Shown one piece after another: positions 55,025 to 64,000 of a stretch of DNA of 64,000 nt. The position numbers and the translations under genes are program-made. The DNA comes from Mustelus asterias (lineage: Eukaryota): assembly GCF_964213995.1 (NCBI RefSeq), contig NC_135808.1, positions 36,580,001-36,644,000 on the forward strand. The letters run 5' to 3'. The notes beneath the pieces are model-generated. The model saw only the letters and a list, made by a program, of their open reading frames with translations, did no database searches and was not told where the DNA came from. Each line of letters begins with the position of its first letter. Position 1 is the stretch's first letter.

Positions 55025-55270
55025 TTTAAAGTTTAAGTTTAAAGTTTATTTATTAGTGTCACAAGAAGGCTTACTAACATTCACACTGCAATGAAGTTAC
55101 CGTGGAAATCCCTTCGTCGCCACACTCCGGCGCCTGTTTGGCGACACTAAGGGAGAATTTAGCATGGCCAATGCACCTCACCAGCACGTCTTTCAGACTA
55201 TGAGAGGAAACTGGAGCACCTGGAGGAAACCCATGCAGATATGGGGAGAACGTGCAGACTCCGTACAGTG
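55025..55270 (-). mobile_element. HE1/V-SINE variant fragment
   Basis: Same tail as 12830 and 61480. Confidence 0.7.
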
Positions 55271-55279
55271 ATCTTTAAA

Positions 55280-56520
55280 AATTTGATTTGATTTATTATT
55301 GTCACATATATTAACATACAGTGGAAAGTATTGTTTCTTGCGCATTATACAGCCAAAACACACCGTTCATAGAGAAGGAAACGAGAGAGTGCAGAATGTA
55401 GTGTTACAGTCATAGCTAGGGTGTAGAGAAAGATCAACTTAATGCAAGGTAAGTCCATTCAAAAGTCTGACAGCAGCAGGGAAGAAGCTGTTATTGAGTC
55501 GGTTGGTACGTGACCTCAGACTTTTGTATCTTTTTCCCGACGGAAGAAGGTGGAAGAATGTCCGGGGTGTGTGGGGTCCTTAATTATGCTGGTTGCTTTG
55601 CCGAGGCAGTGGGAAGTGTAGACAGAGTTAATGGATGGAAAGCTGGTTTGCGTGATGGATTGGGCTACATTCACGATCTTTTGTAGTTCCTTGTGGTCTT
55701 GGGCAGAGCAGGAGCCATACCAAGCTGTGATACAACCAGAACGAATGCTTTCTATGGTACATCTATAAAAGTTGGTGAGTCGTAGCTGACGTGCCAAATT
55801 TCCTTCGACTTCTGAGAAAGTAGAGGCATTGCTGGGCTTTTTTAACTATAATGTCGGCATGGGAGGACCAGGACAGATTGTTGGTGATCTGGACACCTAA
55901 AAACTTGAAGCTCTCGACCTTCTCTACTTCATCCCCATTGATGTAGACAGGGGCATGTTCTCTTTTACGTTTCCTGAAGTCGATGACAATCTCCCTCGTT
56001 TTGTTGACATTGAGGGAGAGATTATTGTTGCCGCACCAGTTAACCAGATTCTCTATCTCATTCCTGTACCCTGTCTCATCATTCTTTGAGATCCGACCCA
56101 CTATGGTGGTGTCGTCAGCAAACTTGAAAATCGAATTGGAGTGGAATTTGGCTGCACAGTCATAGGTGTATAAGGAGTATAGTAGGGGACTGAGAACACA
56201 GCCTTGTGGGGCACCGGTGTTGAGGATTATTGTGGAGGTGTTGTTCTGTCTATTCTTACTGATTGTGGTCTGTGAGTTAGGAAGTTCAGGATCCAGTCGC
56301 AGAGAGAGATGCTGAGGCCCAGGCCAGGGAGTTTGGAGATGAGTTTCGTGGGAATAATAGTGTTGAAGGCTGAGCTGTAGTCAATAAATAAGAGTCTGAC
56401 ATAGGTCTCCTTGTCATCTAGGTGTTCCAGAGTTGAGTGCAGGACCTGGGAAATGCCATCTGCTGTGGACCTGTTGTGGCAAACTGTAGTGGATCCAGGT
56501 AGTCTGAGAGGCGAGAATTG
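55280..56520 (-). mobile_element. Rex1/Babar LINE RT and 3' part
   Basis: GAPQGCVLSPLLYSLYT...KFADD; ORFs 55763-56101 and 55516-55797. Confidence 0.88.
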
Positions 56521-56659
56521 ATTTCATAGAAATCATAGAAACCCTACAGTACAGAAAGAGGCCATTCGGCCCATCGAGTCTGCACCGACCACAATCCCAC
56601 CCAGGCCCTACCCCCATATTTGTGCAATGACTAATCTTTTGAAGCACTTAATAATGCAA

Positions 56660-56957
56660 GCCCAGTCAAGTTGTGGGGGTTACAGATAGTGTGACATACT
56701 CTCTCTCTCCACTCAGATTGTCTGTACCTTTAAGACTTGATTACCTGTAAAGACTCACATTCCAACCATTATTTTGTAAATTGAGTTTGTGTCTTTATAT
56801 GCCCTGTTTGTGAACAGAACTCCCACTCACCTGATGAAGGGGCAGCGCTCCGAAAGCTAGTGGCTTGTGCTACCAAATAAACCTGTTGGACTTTAACCTG
56901 GTGTTGTGAGACTTCTTAATGGGTTTACCCCAGTCTAACACCGGCATCTCCACATCA
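56660..56957 (+). mobile_element. Penelope pLTR with hammerhead motif (56831-56875)
   Basis: ctgatga-aggggc-agc-gctcc-gaaa-gctagtggc. Confidence 0.75.
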
Positions 56958-57040
56958 ACATTTATTGCCCATCCCTAGTTGCCCTTGTTCAGAGGGCAGT
57001 TGAGAGTCAACCACATTGCTGTGGCTCTGGAATTACATGA

Positions 57041-57526
57041 TGTGGAGATCACAAACCCACTCAGTTCTGGAATTACATGATGTGGAGATCACAAACCCAC
57101 TCAGGTCAACCTATAACACAGACTATGCTGAGAGACTTTGCCATCGTACCTTTCTCACCCTCCTCAACCACCTCATACACCAGCTCTACAGAAAACGCCG
57201 CAGCCTGGAAACCAAGATAGAATCCATATTCTCAACTTGCGCTCAGCACTCAGACTAGCTGCAAAAGTCTGCCAAGCAGATGAGACAAAGGAACTACACC
57301 ACCCACATGCACACCAAGAACAGGAAACTTGAGAAACTCAGCATCACCACCAGCAGCAACCAAGCCTCCCCCGGTACCACAGTAGAAAACAGTACCACTG
57401 CAGGGAAGTCCATTGTCAACTTGTCAGACTACACACTTCAACCAGATGAAATCGAAGTTCTCAGCCGAAGGCTCAATTTTTGCACCACCACCAAAACCAG
57501 TCTCGCAGCAAACACAGAGGAATTCA
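57041..57526 (+). mobile_element. Penelope ORF N-terminal fragment inserted in a SINE
   Basis: SIVNLSDYTLQPDEIEVLSRRLNFC; flanked by tctggaattacatg repeats. Confidence 0.7.
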
Positions 57527-57771
57527 TCTGGAATTACATGCCGACCAGACCACATAAGGGCAGCAGATTTCCTTCCCTTAAGAATATTAGTGAACCAGAT
57601 GGTTTTTTTCTGACAATTGATGATAGTTTCATGATCAGTAGATTCTTAATTCCAGGTATTTTTCACTGAATTCAAATTCCACCATCTGCCATGGCGGGAT
57701 TCGAACCTAGGTCACCAGAACATTAATTGAGTTTCTGGATTAACAGTCTAGCGATAACAGCACTAGAGGCC

Positions 57772-58050
57772 ATTACCGGGGGAACTGAGACAGCAGCTGC
57801 AATAAGTAAGGTTTTATTCAGATGGGACAATGACAAGTTTAAATCCCCACCTGATCTGCTGCTCAAAGTCGCCTCCGTTTCACCGGTCAGTTTCCCAAGC
57901 TTCAGGAAACTCATGTTACTCGAGAAATATTTGGATTGGCTGTGAGAGACGTCAATCAGAGAGCCCACCCACTCTGCCCATTCCCTCCTCTTCCTCTTTC
58001 ACAGCTGCTTCACTTCCTGTAGGGACTGAAAACCAAATGAGATGGTGAGT
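57772..58050 (+). promoter_or_regulatory. ZNF-module promoter/5' exon, ending ATG|GTGAGT (58044/58045)
   Basis: Homologous block. Confidence 0.65.
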
Positions 58051-59489
58051 GAAAAAGCAGAATTCATAATAATTACAGTGCATAATATCCACACTAATGT
58101 TCAGGCAGTCAGACAATTCTGTGGGGAATCAGGTGTGGAAATGGCCCTTATGCTGTGTGAGAAGATCCAGCTGAGAGACCTGTTTACTCGGTGCTTTGTG
58201 CTGAGCTGTTTGATTGGAGCTGTGTGTTGGATATTGAGTGTATTTATTGGAAGCATTTCCCTTCTGATTTGCAGGCTGAGTTTTGTTGATGTCTCATTAC
58301 TGAATATGAGAACGTGAGATGTTATTATCTGAGAGAGGCAGAAACACATTTATTGAAATGTCTTTGAACGTCTTCTTTAAATACTTTACCTGAAGGCCTC
58401 AGCATTTCCGAGAAACCTCGGCTTCAATCTGATAGTTTTGCCCAGTGCTGTGTCTGATAGCTGAATTTGGGATGTGCAGTCTGAGTGAGTGCAGTGTATC
58501 TAATTTCCCAGGATAAACCAGAACCCTTCATTCAGCTGCACTGAAGTGTGATTTTCGTTAGCTTCAAGCATTTCCTGCCCAGTGTATTTTCTTCAAATAA
58601 TTTTGGAAGACAAGGGGAGAAATTTAAAAATCTCCATTGAATTAACATTTCTTCTGAGTTTCTGTACATTAAAGAAATAGTCTAAGGATAAAACTGGCCT
58701 GTGTCAGCACAATTCAAGCTCATAGTGAATTAAAGCATGTTTTACGCTCCACCCGACTCTCTTTTCCATTGCACTCATGGTGCCTGGGAAGATGGGGGTC
58801 TGGGCAGAGGAAAGAAAGTAGCCATGTTGTCTGCTCCTGGTCACGATCCAGTGTCCCTACTGGAAACAGGGGGTGTGTGACAGTCAAGTAACAAAAAAGA
58901 AAATACTTGCATCTGATTCCCCCAGCAGGGTATTAGCAGACTGTCACTCACTGTGGAACAGTCTCTAACTGTGGAGTCAGCCCCTTCAGCAAAGGAGAAG
59001 AGGGAGTTGGAGGAAATCATGTTTCTTTTTCCTGTTTTACAGAAGGATGGTACCGTACTGCACAAGAGAATACAGAGAGGATAGTCACTGCAGATAGATC
59101 CTGACTAGCACCCAAGAAACAACTGCACAACTGTGGGAAGACATCCAGTCCCTTCACAGCACTGCTCAGCACAGAGAAAGTTGGACAGTGAAACCATCAT
59201 CTGGAAATCGGTCAGGTCAGGAGAGCTTTGACATATCGTCAAATCTGAAACTGGTCAGTGGTGTGGCACCTTCCATCAGAACCAACCTTTCCGAAGGATC
59301 GGCTGTGGATGATCGGTGTGCGAGACTGGGAAGAAGTGTGAGTGGGCTCCAAGTGTGGTGAGAGTTTCACTCATTCCCCAAGCCTCATTAACCACTGACT
59401 TATTCCTGCAGGGGAGAGGCTGTTCAAGTTTGAGGTGGGCTCCACAGAATCCTACCTTCTCCAGACACTGCTAAGATCAGGACTGCGAC

Positions 59490-60269
59490 ATGGAAGGAAA
59501 AAGATTCAAGTGTGAGGTTTGCTGTAAAGTTTTTGTGACATCTTCAAGCCTCCTGATACACCAGAGGATTCACACTGGGGAGAAACCCTTCAGGTGTGAT
59601 GTCTGTGAGGCAGCTTTCACTCAATCCTCCAATCTCCAAACGCATATGAGGATTCACTCAGGGGAGAAACCATTCAAGTGTGATGTGTGCAACAAATCAT
59701 TCTTGCAGTCATCAGCCCTCCGCAGACACCAACGTATTCACACAGGGGAAAAACCATTCACGTGTGAGGTGTGTGACAAATCATTCTCTCGATCGTTGAC
59801 TCTCCTCGACCACCAACGCATTCACACTGGGGAGAGACCTTTCACGTGTGAAGTGTGTAATAAATCATTCTCACGGCCATCAACCCTCCTCGAACACCAA
59901 CACATTCACACAGGGGAAAAACCATTCAGATGTGAGGTGTGCGGTAAATCATTTACACGTTCATCAGATCTCCGTGTCCACCTGCGCATTCACACAGGGG
60001 AGAGACCATTCAAGTGTGAGGTGTGTAACAAATCGTTTTCAGACTCATCTGCCCTTCGGGAACACAGACGTATTCACACAGGGGAGAAACCATTCACGTG
60101 TGAGGTGTGTGACAAATCATTCACACAGTCATCAACTCTCCGTGCACACCAACGCATTCACACAGGGCAGAAACCGTTCACATGTAAGATTTGTGACAAA
60201 TCATTCTCGCAGTCCCGAACCCTCCGTGTACACCAATGCATTCACACAGAAGTAACCCTTCTCATGTAA
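59490..60269 (+). CDS. C2H2 zinc-finger protein, 9 fingers, 259 aa, no effector domain visible
   Basis: Intact ORF; acceptor at 59042/59043; degenerate fingers continue to ~60760. Confidence 0.88.
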   Translation: MEGKRFKCEVCCKVFVTSSSLLIHQRIHTGEKPFRCDVCEAAFTQSSNLQTHMRIHSGEKPFKCDVCNKSFLQSSALRRHQRIHTGEKPFTCEVCDKSFSRSLTLLDHQRIHTGERPFTCEVCNKSFSRPSTLLEHQHIHTGEKPFRCEVCGKSFTRSSDLRVHLRIHTGERPFKCEVCNKSFSDSSALREHRRIHTGEKPFTCEVCDKSFTQSSTLRAHQRIHTGQKPFTCKICDKSFSQSRTLRVHQCIHTEVTLLM

Positions 60270-60999
60270 GAAGTGTGACAAAACCATCAGAGTTTCCAAG
60301 CTCCTGTCCCATCAGTTGCCCCACATGGGAGGGGGGGCAGGGAGAAACAATTCAATCATGAGACGTGTGACAAATCATTCATGCAATCATCTAAATTTCT
60401 GCTGCACCAGAGGATCCACACAGGATCCTGTCCAAGTGGTTTGTGATAAAACTTTTTTCATGTCTTCATCCTCCTGGGACAGGAGAGGACTCATGCAGGA
60501 GAGAAAGTCCTGAGGTGCGATGTTTGGGGCAAGGTTTTCACCCAGTACTCTGATCTCTGAATCTCCAGCAGGTCCACACCGGAGAGAAACTTTTCAGGTG
60601 TGAGGTTTGTGACAAGGTTTTCACACAGTCAATGTATTTCCTGGTCCATCAATGCACTCACACAGGAGGGGAAATCCTATCTGTGTGTGTTCTGTAATAA
60701 AATCTTCGCACAGTTGTTGGACCTCCTAGAACATATTTGTACCCAGACAGGAAATGAGTGTAAATATCTGCACAAGCTGACTGCAAAGGATGTTACCTCA
60801 TTTGCAGAAATATCATCAAGTGAAGACCTGACAGATTATATGTGCAATGTGTGTGTCGGGACAAACAAAATTGGAACAGACTAAAAAGAACAAAGAATTA
60901 TTCTGTGCAAGTGTGATAATTTTATTTATGGACTATTTATGTGACATGTAAACAAAAAGTGGGTATTTGGATAAATCCCTTTGTACGCTGTGGATTCCC

Positions 61000-61340
61000 A
61001 ACTTGTTATTGTCCCATTTGAATAAAACCTCACTTATAGCAGCTGCTGTCTCGGTTCCACTGGTAAACTTCTGATGGAGATTTCTAGTGTGGGAATAGCA
61101 TTCTTCATCCTTGGAGGCTTTCAAACTGATGACATCAGTGTGGGTTGTGTAGCCTGGGATGTGTTTGACAGCAGATCAGAAGAGGAAGACCCACAGCATC
61201 CAAGGTAGCGATGATGTGGAGTAGTGGGATCAGCACATGCGTAGAAGCGAGGAGTTCAGCAGAGATGGGTATTGCAGAACAGGCACAGGGGAGGTGTGTA
61301 GGAGAGAAGCATTCGGGAGTGAGGGCTGCAAGAGATGTGC
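61000..61340 (-). repeat. Upstream half of the ZNF-module promoter block (inverted); continuation of 33345-33557
   Basis: Reverse complement matches 44300-44538 and joins seamlessly to 33540. Confidence 0.75.
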
Positions 61341-61479
61341 ATGGGAGGTACATTAAGGATAGCTGGAAAGGAGATAGAGCAAGTGCTTGGGGATTGACTC
61401 TGGGATTGACCCTGACTTGGGGAGTGACACGGGACGTGGGAAATGACACTCCCTCTTGAAGTGTAACATTGGGGTGCCT

Positions 61480-61787
61480 TTGAGTTTAAGGTTAAAGTTT
61501 ATTTATTATTGTCACAAGTAGGCTTACATTAACACCGCAATGAAGTTACTGTGAAAAATCCCCTAGTTGCCACACGCCTTTTCAGGTACACTGAAGGAGA
61601 TTTCTTTTAGCATAGCCAATGCACCTAACCAGCAAGTCTTTCAGACTGTGAGAGGAAACCGGAGCACCCGGAGGAACACACAGACATGGAGGGAACATGC
61701 AGACTCCGCATAGAGAGTGACCTCAAGCTGGGAATTGAACCTGGGTCCCTGGCGCTGAGACAGCAGTGCTAACCACTGTGCCACCAT
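61480..61787 (-). mobile_element. HE1/V-SINE variant
   Basis: Head ggtggcacagtggttagcactgctg on the minus strand. Confidence 0.8.
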
Positions 61788-62511
61788 GACACCAATGAGA
61801 TTTATAATTGACTGTGTTCAGAGAGTAACTTGGAGAGTGACTGCTGGTGTTATATCCCCATCTTGGGGAGAGACTCGGAGGTTGACCCAAGGCCGAACAA
61901 CTCTGAGGAAATAGAATTAAGGACATTTTGACCATGGAACGGGTGCTGCTGAAAGCAAGGGCAGTGGGAGAGGGGGGCATGGGAATGACGTTGACCAGGA
62001 GGGGAGCAATCTCTGATAAAAGGTGAAGGTTTCAAGTTAAATCATGAATACTGTTTCTAGTTTTTAAAGTACAGAAAAATCATTCTGCTCATTTGCTTTC
62101 TACCGGTGCTTATGCTCCACATGAGCTTTTACCCTACCTATTTTATCTCACCCTATTAGCAGATCCTTCCTTCTTTTCTCCTCATCTACTCAACTGGCTT
62201 CCCTTTAAATTCATCAAAACTTCTTGTCTCAACCATTCCTTGTGGGAACAAGTTCCACATTCTAATCATTGTCTTGGGAAAGAAGTTTCTCCTGAATTAC
62301 TCATTGGATTTATTATTGACCATCTTATATTTCTGGCCCTAGTTTTGAATTCCTCTAAAACAAGTGGAAATATCTGCTCTCCATTTAGCGACAAATTTGG
62401 GTAGTGAGGGAGGGGGTAACGAATGGGTTTGAACCGGCTTCAATCCTGGTTCCCACCACCTGGAGCTGGGACTTACAGGTGCACACCTCCAATTCCAGCC
62501 CCGCCCATGTG

Positions 62512-62680
62512 ACAACCGCTCGGGCTCGCGCTTCCTCACATTCCAACTCCTGAACGCTGGGCGCCAACTGTCGCTGCGTGTGGCAGCACTACAACTCCCA
62601 TCAGGCACCGCGGGCTGGCTCTCTCCCTGAATCCATACTGCCGCTCCTCACTGCGCAGGCCCAGGGCCATTTGCAGCATG
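62512..62680 (+). promoter_or_regulatory. SBS/ZNF143 promoter, copy 4 (partial)
   Basis: ACTACAACTCCCATCAGGCACCGCG at 62588-62612. Confidence 0.65.
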
Positions 62681-62774
62681 GGCAATATAGTTCCCAGTGG
62701 GTTTGAGGCTGTCTCATCCGCACCTGCCCTGTGTGGGAGAGTGGGAAACCCCAGCAGCAGTCACTGCCTTTTCA

Positions 62775-63415
62775 GGGACGAAGTAGAAAGGGTCGAGAGC
62801 TTCATGGTTTTAGGTGTCCAGCTCACCAACAACCTGTCCTGGGCCCCCATGCTGGCATTATAGTTAAGAAAGCCCACTAACGCTTCTACTTTCTCAGAAG
62901 ACTAAGGAAATTTGGCATGTCAGCTATGATTCTCACCAACTTTTATAGCTGCACCATAGAAAGCAGTCTTTCTGGTTGTATCACAGCTTGATATGCCTCC
63001 TGCTCTACCCAAGACCGCGAGGAACTACAGAGGGTCGTGAATGTGGCCCAACCCAACACGCAAACCAGCCTCCCATCCATTCACTCTGTCTACACTTCCC
63101 ACTGCCTCGGCAAAGCAGCCAGCATAATTAAGGACCCCACTCACCCCGGACATTCTCTCTTCTACCTTCTTCCGTCGGGAAAGAGATACAAAAGTCTGAG
63201 GTCATGTACCAACCGAACCCTGCTGCTGTCAGACTTTTGAATGGACTTACCTTGCATTAAGTTGATCTTTCTCTACACCTGAGCTATGACTGTAACACTA
63301 CATTCTGCACTCTCTCGTTTCCTTCTCTCTGAATGATATGCTTTGTATAGCACGCAAGAAACAATACTTTTCACTGTATACTAATACATGTGACAATAAT
63401 AAATCAAATTAAATC
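62775..63415 (+). mobile_element. Rex1/Babar LINE 3' part
   Basis: VERVESF..LGVQLTNNLSW; 3' UTR shared with 36600-36810. Confidence 0.85.
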
Positions 63416-63559
63416 CAAGAGGAGACTGGATTGTGGTGGAGAATCTGAACAAGTGGAAAAGGAAGGTCTGGAAAAGGCAGAACTGCCTGGATGATAAAAC
63501 AGAAAATATAGGATGAAACAGAATGGCAGTTTAATAATTCAAATAATAATCAGGATGTA

Positions 63560-64000
63560 AAGAGAGAAGATGAGGAGCACTGGCAGCTAAATAATGGGAA
63601 TGTTTGATAGACAAACAAATAGTTAAAATTAATAAGAATATGGGTAGGTGAATCAGGGACCAGAAAGGAGATGAAGACTCAGGGACAGTGAGTGAGGCCG
63701 AGATACGAAGAGAACCTGGTCCTTACCCAGAGAGAAGATGCTGCTGAAATCATATTGACAGAGGAGGTTAATTGAAACAGTGTGTGTTAAATATTGATGA
63801 AGAGGAGGTATTAGAAACACTGGCATACTTAAAGTTGCGAAATCACCGGGACCAAATTCGATCTACATCCTGGACACTGCGGGGAGTATGGAATGGAATG
63901 GAAATTTTGGAGGTACAATTTTCCTTTAGATATTGGGATGCCAGAGGAACAGAGAATTATTAAGATTACAGCCTTGTTGAAAAAAGGATAAGCATTATAC
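63560..64000 (+). mobile_element. Old CR1 ORF2 fragment running off the window
   Basis: IDEEEVLETLAYLK...SPGP-like region and ITALLKK, highly degenerate. Confidence 0.55.

Overview
Vertebrate genomic DNA, almost certainly a shark or other elasmobranch, judging by HE1/V-SINEs, a SacSINE-like DeuSINE, and CR1, Rex1/Babar, L1 and Penelope elements. The window holds a tandem/inverted cluster of KRAB-less C2H2 zinc-finger (ZNF) genes: five apparently intact arrays of 5, 9, 11, 12 and 9 fingers, plus one decaying copy. They are built from a repeated module: promoter or short exon ending in ATG|GTGAGT, intron, acceptor with a 14-codon upstream ORF, then the ZNF exon. The main discovery is that two ZNF arrays splice in frame, through a donor inside a dead finger, onto two further exons. 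These encode a PIF/Harbinger Myb/SANT-like protein tail (KLAHN..ERSLTGGG..IKELT..EE, acidic linker, Gln-rich coiled coil). Decayed HARBI1-like transposase sequence lies upstream of two modules. This suggests Harbinger-derived ZNF fusion genes in which a variable finger array replaces the Myb DNA-binding domain. Other notable items: a 27.4-kb block flanked by a 17-bp direct duplication that splits one module, four ZNF143/Staf-site promoters, a U2 snRNA-headed structured element, and Penelope palindromes with hammerhead ribozyme motifs. All gene models and family assignments were made by eye, with no database searches. Repeat boundaries are approximate.
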